From Chiloscyllium plagiosum (taxonomy: Eukaryota), in contig NC_057711.1 in NCBI RefSeq assembly GCF_004010195.1, positions 71,150,797-71,214,796 on the forward strand: a stretch of DNA of 64,000 nucleotides, written 5' to 3'. Positions 52,801-64,000 of this stretch are shown here, one piece after another. Numbering within the stretch: position 1 is the stretch's first letter; every line of letters begins with the position of its first letter. The position numbers and the translations under genes are program-made. The notes below the pieces were generated by a model. That model saw only the letters and a program-made list of their open reading frames with translations, had not been told where the DNA came from and did not search any database.

Positions 52801-54224
52801 AGAGTTTTACTGCATTGTTGCAATCTCCATTAATTACAAGTAGTCAGTGATGGTGCAAATGAGAAAGCTGTCTGCTGGCAAGTTTTATTTAAGACAAAGT
52901 TGCATTATTAGTTCAGTGAATTATGCTGTTAAAAAATGTATAACAGTGATGTGTATGCTCCCTGCATTATGTTTCTATTACCTAGTGTGTGTTTTTACAT
53001 TGAGAATGTGGGCCTCATGATCAACCAGAATATTTGATCAACTGATACACTCCTGGTCCTTTTTAATGGTGTCAGTTAATTAAACGTTTACTATCTATGC
53101 ATCTCATTAAAGCCCCATCTTACCATTCTCCCAATTCTCCTCTCCCTCCGTGAGAAACTGGACAGTGCTAACTCCTGACAAGTAAGTCAGACAAATACCT
53201 GAATGCTAGTCCCAGCCATCATGCAGCTGCTTCTTCACTAGAATATCCTTGCATAGCCACGGCCACCATCTTCCTTGACTATTTGTTATATTAGCAGCAG
53301 CAAAACCACCAGCCTCACCATGTGCCTGTCCTTGGACCAACTCTCACAATATTTCAGCTCTGCAACACTTTACTTTGGAGGCCAGTAACTGTTATAACTT
53401 ATATGTTTTTGCCTGATAGCTTTGTGCACAGAGTCACATGCATTTCAATCATCGACACAGGATGCATTTTATAGCTCAGCTTCTTTCTTAGCACTTGCTC
53501 ACTTTGTGATAACATAGAAAATGCTAGTTTCTGTTTACTTGACATTGCGTTCTTAGTGCACGCTTGCTGATTTCATCAGTTTGACTCAAATTGCTTTCTT
53601 AGCACATAGATTTCCACACTCGGTTACAGGCTGCCAATCTCTGTGGCTTTCTTTGCTTGTTAGTGCAGAGAGGATGGCAGGCAGTTTGTGGCAGTGGGGA
53701 ACACTGAACAGTCAAGGGTATGGATAGGGCTCTGTGCAGCATCGTGCTACAGCAACATCACAACTGCAGCATGTGCCATTAGTTTACACAGCAAACACAC
53801 TGCATGTGCTTCAAAGGCCATCAAGAGTCAAAACCTTAGTCATACCAAAGTCTGGGAGGTTGGGTCACATTCAGTCCTGCAGATCAAGTATAAACTGCCT
53901 GGTGATTTCAATTAAGTCACTCACGATGCTGTGGAGACATCAGTTGTGAGCCAACATGTTCTGTAATGAGACAAAAGAAGCGGATGGAACAGCGGTTGGT
54001 GGTGATGCAGGAGCAGGAGAGGTATCCCTAGTGACCAAGGAGGAAGTTGGAAAGGACAGTAAGTGTTAATAGTTTGGGAGGATAACTTGGATGAAAGCCA
54101 GTGAATGGACATGCAGCATTCCATATTGAGTGTTGGCATACATGAATCTTGGTGAGATGCATGTGCAATGGCAGAATTAGAGTGAATGGTGGCCCTGTGA
54201 ATGTGATGTAGCAGAGGGAAGTTA

Positions 54225-54410
54225 GCAGCACCTGTCCCTGTGGAGTACAGAAGGTCATTAACCTTCTTCCTACTTGGAGATCTCACTTCACTGACAATGA
54301 ACTGGGCTGCAATTCACAGCAAGCTGTGTCTGGAGGTGTGGCATTCTCCACAAGAAATATAACAGCCGCCTTTTCCACACATCATCCACCTGAGAGGATC
54401 CTGTCTGTGA
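54225..54410 (-). mobile_element. Harbinger Myb/SANT-like remnant
   Basis: DVWKRR...IAAQ...RKKVNDLL, homologous to 21715-21935. Confidence 0.5.
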
Positions 54411-54649
54411 GGCTGGTGTAAGCAGGGACGAAGCTTTCTATTCCTTTGCTCCATGTCCTCAGTGATAGTGGTCAAAAATAACAGCATGAGGGCAGGTGCC
54501 AGACTTGCACCATCCAAAGTGGCATGCAACTGGTCTTTAGATGTAGTAAGTATCCTGCCTGCATTTCACAGACAGTGGTGCACAGTGCCCCAACTGAATA
54601 ATTAATTAAGCGAAGAACAGACGACTGAAAGATAAGTCATTTCCCGACT

Positions 54650-55760
54650 GGAATTCAGCTCCTTTGTCCATGTTCAAACCGAAGCTATAATAAGGTCAGG
54701 AGCTGAGTGGCCCTGGCAGAATTTAAACTGGGTGTCACTGAACAGGTTATTGCTGAGCAGGTGCTGCTTAATAGCACTGTTGAGCACTCCTTCCATCACT
54801 TTATTGATGATCGAGCATAGACTGATGGGGTGGGAATTGACCAGGTTAGATTTGTCCTAAATTTTGTTACAGGACATAGCTAGGCAATTTTCTGCATTGC
54901 TGGGTGGATGTTGGTGTTGTAGCTGTACTGGAACAGTTTAACTTGGGGGCAGAGGTTTGGAACACCATCTTCACAGTGCCCAGTCTTGAGTTGCCTGGAT
55001 CTGTTTGAAATCGTACAGCTGTAGTGCCACACAATGCAGTGGAGAGGGTATCTTTAAAGCGAAGATGGAACTTTGCCTCCATCAGGGCTATGCAGTGGTC
55101 TCTCTCACTGATACTGTCTTGGGCAGATGCATTTGCAAAGGCTGTTTGATGAGAATGATGTCAAGGATCTTTCCCTCACGTTGGTTCCTTCACCACTCCT
55201 CCTCCGGTTTGACAGCTATGTCCTTTAAAACTTGACCAGCTCAGTCAGTTGTGATGCTATGAAGCCACTTCTGGTGATGGACATTGAAATTGTCCACACA
55301 GAGTACCTTTGCCATCCTTAGTGCTTCCTCCAAGGGCTGCTTAACACAGGGGAGTGCTGATTCGTCAACCAAAGCATGATGCAGTGCACAGTAATCGGCA
55401 GGAGGTATCTTTGCCAATCTTTGACCTGATGTCTTGGGGTCCAGCAAAAATGTTGAACACTCACAGAGCAACTCTGTTCTGACTGAATTATGCCACCATT
55501 TCTGATGGCACAGGACACATGCTAATGGTGTTTTCTGGGACTGTGTGTGAGATATAATTTTGTGAGTATGATTATGTCAGGCAGTTGCTTGAGTACTCTG
55601 TGAGACAGCTCTCCCAAGTTTAACATTTGCCCTGTCAGATGTTAGCAAGGAGAATACAGGAGGGTTGACAGGTTTTGTTTGCCATTGTTGCTTCCATTAT
55701 GTACATCAGTGTTAGGTGAGCAGTCTGGTTTCACCCTTGAGACATTTTAGCCATTTGATA
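54650..55760 (-). mobile_element. Decayed APE-type LINE (CR1/L2 group), endonuclease region and downstream
   Basis: VDESAL...LEEALRMAKVLCVDNFNVHHQKWL (GDFNVHHQEWL-like), TVSERDH (SDH), and YPVLTK.NL.N..PISL; related tail at about 50660-50960. Confidence 0.7.
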
Positions 55761-57199
55761 CAACTGAGTGGCATTTCAGTGGACAGTTAAGAGTCAACCA
55801 CATTCAGTGGGCAGTCAAGAGTCACAGGTAGGTAAGATCAGATAAGAATGGCAGGTTTCCTTCTCTGGTGGAAATTAGTGAACTAGATAAGCTTTTATGA
55901 CAATCAATAAATGGTTTCATAGTCACCGTTAGACTGAAAGACACTTCAACTAGTTTTCAGTGTTGCGTGTATCAGTGCAGCACAGCTTAGATTATGTCTA
56001 CAGCACTGTGGTACAAATGACTGATTAGAAGGGCAATGCAGAGGGTACAAATTAGATGATTGCAAGCAAATCAATAACTAGCCATCAGGCATGCATTTCT
56101 AGAACTGCGGCCATGAATCCCACATTCTCTGGCAGCTTCCTAATACTCGGGTAAAGGACATCACTGAGAGGGCACCGGCTATTTTGTAAAGGTGAGGGGA
56201 AACAACCAGAAGTTGTAGTTTATGTGAATTGTTGAGTTAGGAAAGAAAAAAAGCTTCTGATCTTTTTATGAGGTCTTACCAGTAAGAATTTCAGGTGATC
56301 AAACTATGGCAATAATTTGGGGAGCCAATGAAACAGAGTAATGTGACTGGACAGGTAATCCATAAATCCAGGCCAATGTTCTGTGGATAAAAGGCTGGAG
56401 AACTTAAACAAGGTCTAATAGCATCTGTGGAGGGAGAAACAGAATTAAGTTTTTGAATCTGATATGACTCTTCTGGGGACATCAACTCAATTCCACGAAA
56501 GCTGATGGTGAAATTTGAAATCGATAAAATTCTGGAATACAAAGCTCGTGATCATAATTCATTGTCATAAAATGCTGTTTGGAAAAGGAAACCTTCCAGC
56601 CTTTTGTCATCAGTTCTACATGTGACTCCAAGTCAACAACATTATAGTTGACTCTTAATTGTTCTCTAAACAATAAATGGTGTCCCAGCCAGCAATATTC
56701 TACATCCCATAAGCAAATAATGAGCAATGTATTTGGATTACTTGTAATGTCAAATATTAGTGATGACAAGAATTCTAAGATAAAACAGATTAAAATGCAG
56801 GTAGAGAAATAGAACAGAAAAGATTGTTTCATGTTCTGGGACATGGGGTGCAATTCAAGGCAGGATGGCCTGTTCATTGTAATTAACAGCTAGTAAAAAA
56901 ATGCAGCTGTCTTGATACTGACTCCTGAGAAACCTCTCTCAAAACTTCCTCGAGTTAAAATAACTATTCATCCCTGCTGTATTCTTTATCTTTCTCAGCT
57001 AATTCTCCACTCAAATGTTTCATCTTGATGTCCATCATTCAGCTAAATTAATTTAAACTTTCCCCTGTTGTACTCGGAAACTTTCTTGTGAGGACAGCAC
57101 TGTTGAGGTCTAACCCTGATTAATTGAAATGATAGGGACGTTAGGGCTAAACAAATGCAGTAAGGGTGTTTTTTTATAACTTGAGGAAAGGACACAGTG

Positions 57200-57620
57200 A
57201 TGGTTCCGTATGAGGACTACTTCTGTTTTTGACAGCTTTAATACATGGACTTGAGTGTACGGGGCATAATTACAAAGGCTGCAACTGAGAAATGTGAAAT
57301 AGTAGGGTGATTGCTAACAGGAGGATACAGCAGACTGGTGAAATGGCCAGACACATGGCGGATTAAATTTAACACAGGAAGAATGAAGAGAAGCAATATG
57401 AAGTAAATTATACAATTTTATAGAGCTTCAGGAACAGAGACACCTGGTATGTACACAAATCATTGAAGGTGACATGCCAAGTTTAGAGGGGTGTTGAAAA
57501 AGCATATGGATCCTCGGCTTTATTAATAGAGGATCAGAGTACAAAAGGAAGGAAGTTATGTCAAAATTACAAAACACTGGTTAGGCCAAAGCTGGTGTAT
57601 TGTGTTAAAATTCAATGTAG
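57200..57620 (+). mobile_element. Old CR1 RT fragment
   Basis: LVKWPDTWRIKFN, KAYG..GFINRGSEYKRKEVM and LVRPKLVYCV. Confidence 0.7.
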
Positions 57621-57929
57621 AACTACTTGAAAAACTGAAATGTTTGCCCAAGAGCAATGAAAGTTAATATGAGCCTGAGAGAGATAAGACCATGATTCGT
57701 TTTGCTATAAAAATGATTACCAAAGTTAACTAGAGGACACAAATTTAAGTTGATTGGTCTAATTTTGGCCTTCTATCACATTCCTGCTTAATTTACAGCA
57801 GAAACTTCCTTGGAAAGGCTGCAATCTTTAGTCCATTGGTATTTTTATTAGTTTTGAATGCCTTCTACGCTGTGTGGAACAATAAATGTAACCAGCTTGT
57901 CCACACATATTATAACATACCTGCAGGAC

Positions 57930-60900
57930 AGATGGAACTTGTGAGGTTTATGTTGCCTCCCTGGTGTTAGGGTGAAGGATGTCTCAGAGCAACTGCATGG
58001 CATCCTGGATGGGAAGGGTGAATAGCCAGCGGTCATGTACACATTGGGACCAATGACATAGGTTAAAAAAAAGGGACAAGGTCCTAAAACCAGAATATAG
58101 AACATTAGGAAGCAAGCTGCAAAAGACCTCAAAGATAGTGATCTCAGGATTACTACTAGCATCACATGCTAGTTAGAGTAGAAATAGTTGGATATATTAG
58201 ACAAAAACGTGGCTGAAGACACAATGTGAAGGGGTAAGGTTTCAAATTCCTGGAGCATTGGTACCGGTTCTAGGGAGATGGGACCAACACAAACTGGACA
58301 AGTTATACTGAGGTAGGATCAGGATTGATGCCCTTCTGCAAAAATGGATGGGGAAGGTTTAAGCCAAATTGGAAGGGGGATGGGAACCTATACAAAGAGT
58401 CAGGGGAAAGAGAATCAAGGACAAGAACAAAAGACAAAAAAGGGAATAAGAGAAGTTATAGGCCAAGGCCAGAATTAAACAAGGCCGTAGTAAAATAAAT
58501 AATGGGAATGGACCAAGGATCATTAAAAAGACAAGCCTTAAGGCTTTGTGGCTGAACACACAAGAGCATTCAACATAAAGTGGATGAATTAATGACAGAA
58601 ATAAATTTTAACAGTTGGTTAGTATTATGGAGACGTGGCTGTAGGGTGACCTGGGATGGGAATCAAACATCCAGGGCATTCAGTATTTATGAAGGACAGA
58701 CAAAGGAAAAGGCAGTGGAGATGCATTGCTAGTTAAAGAGGATAGAAATACAATATTGAGAAAAGATATTACCTCAGACAATGTAGAGTCTGAATGGATA
58801 GAATGGAAAAATACTAAGAGTCAAAATACATTAGTGGGCAGACCACCAAACTGTAGTGGTGATGTTAGGAATGGCATTAAACAGGAAATCAGAGATGCAA
58901 GTGGCAAAGGAATATCGATAATTATGGGTGACTTTAATCTGCATTTTGATTAGGTGAATCAAATCACCTATTGTGAATCAAACCACAATACCATAAAGGA
59001 GAAATCCCTAGAGTGTAAACGGAATGGTTTTCTGGGCTAATATGTCGAGAAACCAACTAGAGAACAGGCCATTTTAGACAGGGTATTATGCAGTGAGAAA
59101 AGAATAATTGGTAGAGTTGTGAGTGATTCCTTTGGGATGAGCAATCATACCATGATAAAATTTTTCATTAAGATGGAGAGTGAGCTGCTTGATTGTGAGA
59201 CTAGTGGGATGAATCTCAGTAAATGAAACTATGATGATGAGGCAGGTGTGAGTTGGCTATGATGCATTAAGAAATGTTACTGAAAAGTATGACAATGGAT
59301 AGGTAATGGTAAACATTCAAACAGTGAATGGGTGATCTACAAAAATTGTTTATTCCTGTCTGGTGTAAGAGTGCAAAGAGAACAGTGGCCAAACCATGGT
59401 TTATGAGGGAAGTTAAAGATAGTCTTAGTGTTATCAGATTTAGATCAGACCCCTCACATATTAGAGCTGATCTTTCTCTGCACCTTCTCTGTAGCTGTAA
59501 TACTACATTCTATATTTTATTCTATTACCCTGATGTACTTTAATGTATTGGACAGCACACAAAAGAATACTTATCATTGTATCTCAGTACATGTGACAAT
59601 ACTAAATCAAATCAAACCAATAGATGCAGAAAGTAGACATACAAATTGGCAATAAAAACAAACTTGAAGAGTGGGAACAGTTTAGAAGGTGGCAAAGGAC
59701 GACCAAGGGATTGATTAAAAAAGGAAAATAGAGTATGAGATTAAGCTTGTGAGGAACGGGAGAACTGACTGTAAAAGTTTCTTTCCGTACGTAAAGGGAA
59801 AAGATTAGTGACAACTAATATAGGTCCCTTACAGTCAGAAAAGAGAGAATTCATCATGGGGAACAAAGAAATGGCTGACAAACTAAATTCACACTTTGCA
59901 CAAAGTCTTCACAAAGAAGGATATGAATAATGTACCAAAAATAATGGAGAGCACAGGGATTAGTGAGAGGGAGGAAGTGAAGCAAATCTGCATTAGTAGA
60001 AATGGTGTTGGAGATATTGATGAGATTGAAAGCTGATAAATCCCAGGGCCTAATAATCTACATCCCAGAATACTTAAGGAAATAACCCTTGAACTAGTGG
60101 TTGCATTGGTGGCCATTTTCCAAGATTCTTTAGTCTCTGGAACAGTTCGTACAGATTGGAGGGTAGTTGATGTAGCCCCTCTATTAAAAAAGTGAGGTAA
60201 AGAGGAACCAGGGAATTAGAGATCTGAGTCTGACATTGGTAGTGGGGAAGATACAAGAATCCATGATCAAATATTTAGAAAATAATAGTGGAATCTGATA
60301 CTGTAAGCATGGATTTACAAAAGGGAAAGCATGCTTGATAAATCAACTGGAATTCTTTGATGCTGAAGCTAGTAGAGTTGATCAGGGGAGCCAGTGGATG
60401 TGGTTTATTTGGACTTTCAAAAGGTTTTCGACAAATCCCACATCAAAGATTAATGTGTAAAATTAATGTGAATGCAACTGGGGCTAGTGTATTGAGATGG
60501 ATAGAAAATCAGACAATAGACAGGAAACAAAGGGTAGGAATAAATGAGTCTTTTTCTGAATGACAGGCAACAATTAATGGATACCAGGACTAGATGCTAG
60601 GACCCCAACTATTCACAATATATGTTAATAAAATAAGATGAGAGATCTAAATGTAAAATCTCAAAATTTTCAAATGTCACAAAGTTGGTGGAAGGGTGAG
60701 CTGTGAGGAGGATGCTGAGATGTTGCAATGTGATTTGGAAAGGCTGAGTGAGTGGACAAATGCAATGAGCAGATGTAGTATAATGTGAATAAATGTGATG
60801 CTATTCATTTAGGCAGCAAAAATAGGAAGACAGATTATTATTTGGATGGCTATAAATTGAGAGAGGGGAATGTTCAATGAAACCTGGGTGCCCTCATACA

Positions 60901-61580
60901 CCAGTCTAAAAGACAGTTACATCAGGAAGTAAAGAAGGCAAACTATATGTTGCGTTCAGAGCAAAGGGATTCAAGTACAGGATGTGATGCTGCAATTAGA
61001 CAGGGCATTGGTATGGCAACATCTGGAATATTGTGTGAAGTTTTTGTATCCTTATCTGAGGAAAGATGTTCTTGTTATAGAGGGGGCGCAGCAAAGGTTT
61101 ACCAAATTAATTCCTGAGATAGCAGGACTGATGTGAGGAGAGATTGAGTCATTTAGGATTGTGTACATGGAGTTTAGAAGAATGGGGGAGGGGGTGTCTC
61201 ATGGAAATCTATGAAATTCTAACAAGAGTAGACAGGTTAAATTCAGGAAGGATGTTCTTTATGATTAGGGAGTCCAAAGCCAGGCATCAGTTTAATGATA
61301 GGGGGCAAACTTTTGGGACTGAGATGAGGAGACATTTCTTCACTCAGAGAGTGATAAGTCTATGGAATTCTCTACCACAAAAAGTGGTTGAGACTAAATC
61401 ATTATGTGTTTTCCAGAAGGAGGTAGATCTAGCTTTTGTGGCTAAAGGAATCAAGGGATGTGGGGGGAGGCAGGATTAACGTATTGAGCTTAATGATCAA
61501 GCCTGATTATATTGAATGTCAGAGCAGGTTTGAGACATCAAATGGCATACTCCGGCTCCTATATTCTTTGGTTACATGTT
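57930..61580 (+). mobile_element. Near full-length old CR1 LINE (ORF1 SGNH-esterase remnant and ORF2), disrupted
   Basis: CLPGVRVKDVSEQL...HIGTNDI (ORF1 esterase); ETWL, RPPN and IMGDFNL (APE); KSQGPNNLHPRILKE, HGFTKGKACL and FFTQRVISLWNSLP; CR1 tail. Confidence 0.92.
59429..59616 (+). mobile_element. Rex-like LINE 3' UTR inserted in CR1
   Basis: Matches 22298-22490 (GCTGATCTTT...CACCTTCTCTGTAGCTGTAA...CATGTGACAATACTAAAT). Confidence 0.72.
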
Positions 61581-61669
61581 TAGCCTCATAGGAAGGGCAC
61601 TACTGTTACACCATAAGATCTTATTTCTCCTCTGCCCTACAATGACAATTTAGTTGACAGCAGTTTTCT

Positions 61670-62197
61670 ACATTTGGTATGCTTTCCTTTATTGGTCAGA
61701 GCACTGAGTATAGGATTTGGGAGGTCATGTTGGTACTGTGCAGGACATTGGTTAGGCCACTTTTGGAATATTGCGTGCAATTCTGGTCTAATTCCTATTG
61801 GAGGGATGTTGTGAAACTTGAAAGGGTTCAGAAAAGATTTACAAGAATGTTGCTAGGGTTGAAGGGTTTGAGCTATAGGCAGAGGTTGAATATGCTGGGG
61901 CTATTTTCACTGGAGTGTTGGATACTGAGTAGTGGCCTTATAGTGGTTTATAAAATCATGAGGGACATCAATAAGGTAAACAGACAAGGTATTTTCCTTG
62001 GGATAGGGGAGTCCAGAACTAGAGGGCACAGGTTTAGGGTGAGAGGGGAAGAATTTAAAAGGGACCTTAGGGGCAAATCTTTCACACAAAGGATGGTGCG
62101 TGCATGGAATGAGCTGCCACAGGAAGTGGTGAATGCTGGTACAATTACAACATTGAAAAGGCATCTGGGTGGGTTTGTGAATAGGAAGGGTTTGGAA
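61670..62197 (+). mobile_element. CR1/HER1 3' ORF2 fragment, cut by a hAT element
   Basis: 174-aa ORF 61679-62203 (LVRPLLEYCVQFW...RGHRFRVRGE); the 3' UTR is absent. Confidence 0.93.
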
Positions 62198-63029
62198 CAA
62201 TGATTCTCAACTGCTTTTAACCACAGCCCACCTCGGAGCCCTTCTTAGGTTCCAGGGCCTCCTTTTCAAATAGGGATACAGCACGAACAGGTAGAAAATC
62301 ATCTATTACTGAACACCAATAAAGCTTGTACATTCCAACATACTGGACAAAACTTTAAAAAGACTGTATGAAATTAAACATCTAACAGGCCTAATGCAAT
62401 CTTTGATCTTGATGCTTTCCTGCAAGTTTCATGGGATTAAGCTCCAAATTAGACAATGGTAGTAGGAGGTCGCCTCTTGTTGCGATATCAATTCTGTTCC
62501 TGGATTTTCCTGGAAGGAAATATGTTGAGAGAAAGCCAATAAAAAAATTTGGGCTTTTCCCACAGTGTTGTAAATTTATTCTGCAGATCACTCTTGATTC
62601 AAAAATCTTTTTGAAGCTGACTGAAGATCAGTCAACCTGTCTTGAATTTCTGCCTCAACTTGGGTGAGTTGTACTTCAAATGGATTCAAAATTCAATCCA
62701 GTATACTGAGGTTTAACAGGTCATTAAATCTTTCTTGCATATTCTTGTGTACCTGCTTTAGATGTTACACATGCAGTAATGTCATCGTATTTTAGTGCCT
62801 CTGTGATCATCTTCAGGTTTGGAAATTATAAAAATTCCCAATGTCCCATATTGTCCCATTAGACTTCGAGTTTCTTAAGGAAAGAAACAATGGCCTCTGC
62901 ACAATCTATGAGGTTACTGTTTTTGCCCTGTAAGGTCTTAGTTAACAAATTAAGTTTCTGAAAGATACCTCCAGATAAAAGATGTCTGCCTTAGCATGAA
63001 TGAATCTTTCTCCATGGTCTTTGTCAGAC
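62198..63029 (-). mobile_element. hAT (Charlie/Buster; SCAND3/FAM200-like) DNA transposon 3' end
   Basis: KADIFYL..FQKLNLLTKTLQGKNSNLID...MQERFNDLL...ILNPF...FLSTY...RNRIDIATRGDLLL.LSNLE...LAGKHQ..H*; TIR-like CAATGATTCTCAAC at 62198. Confidence 0.85.
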
Positions 63030-64000
63030 ATAGAGTCATAGAGTCATAGAGATGTACAGCACGGAAACAGACCCTTCGGTCCAACCCGTCCATGCCGACC
63101 AGATATCCCAACTCAATCTAGTCCCACTTGCCAGCACTTGGCCCATGTCCCTCCAAACCCTTCCTATTCATATACCCATCCAAATGCCTTTTAAATGTTG
63201 CAATTGTACCAGCCTCCACCACTTCCTCTGGCAGCTCATTCCATACACGTACCACCCTCTGTGTGAAACAGTTGCCCCTTAGATCTCTTTTATATCTTTC
63301 GCCTCTCACCCTAAACCTATGCCCTCTAGTTCTGGACTCCCCCACCCCAGGGAAAAGACTTTGTCTATTTATCCTATCCATGCCNNNNNNNNNNNNNNNN
63401 NNNNNNNNNNNNNNNNNNNNNNNNNNNNNNNNNNNNNNNNNNNNNNNNNNNNNNNNNNNNNNNNNNNNNNNNNNNNNNNNNNNNNNNNNNNNNNNNNNNN
63501 NNNNNNNNNNNNNNNNNNNNNNNNNNNNNNNNNNNNNNTAAGTCCTGCTAAGATTTGCTTTCCCAAAATGTAGCACCTCGCATTTATCTGAATTAAACTC
63601 CATCTGCCACTTCTCAGCCCATTGGCCCATCTGGTCAAGATCCTGTTGTAATCTGAGGTAACCCTCTTCGCTGTCCACTACACCTCCAATTTTGGTGTCA
63701 TCTGCAACATTACTAACTGTACCTCTTATGCTCACATCCAAATCATTTATGTAAATGACAAAAAGTAGAGGACCCAGCACCGATCCTTGTGGCACTCCAC
63801 TGTTCTCAGGCCTCCAGTCTGAAAAACAACCCTCCACCACCACCCTCTGTCTTCTACCTTCAAGCCAGTTCTGTATACAAATGGCTAGTTCTCCCTGTAT
63901 ACCATGAGATCTAACCTTGCTTACCAGTCTCCAATCGGGAATCTTGTCGAATGCCTTACTGAAGTCCATACAGATCACATCTACCGCTCTACCCTCATCA
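63030..64000 (-). mobile_element. Young CR1/HER1 LINE 3' part (runs off the window)
   Basis: DFSKAFDK, GVPQGSVLGPLLFVIYINDLD and ADDTK; (CATAGAGT)n tail at 63029-63050. Confidence 0.96.
63385..63538. other. Assembly gap (N run)
   Basis: 154 consecutive N. Confidence 1.

Overview
Vertebrate nuclear DNA, AT-rich and dominated by transposable elements. The repeat content (HER1/CR1-type LINEs, HE1-like V-SINEs, Deu-like SINEs) points to an elasmobranch (shark/ray); this is inferred from repeat identity, not from a search. No intact host gene could be identified, so the window looks intronic or intergenic. Nearly all long ORFs in the track are CR1 ORF2 fragments or their antisense shadows. Contents: many CR1 copies (two near full length, at about 40.9-44.6 kb and 57.9-61.6 kb); RTE, L2 and Rex-like LINE ends; decayed Ty3/Gypsy gag and integrase; two solo LTRs; PIF/Harbinger transposase and Myb/SANT remnants; a hAT transposase C-terminus; a 174-bp MITE; a degenerate minisatellite; two N gaps. 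The most interesting signals are (i) minimal hammerhead-ribozyme motifs in Penelope-like repeats, one with an intact core, (ii) three separate ~70-95-bp local inverted duplications at or inside LINE copies, and (iii) unassigned exon-like segments. Boundaries of old repeats were read by eye and are approximate. I found no strong evidence for a wholly new biological system.
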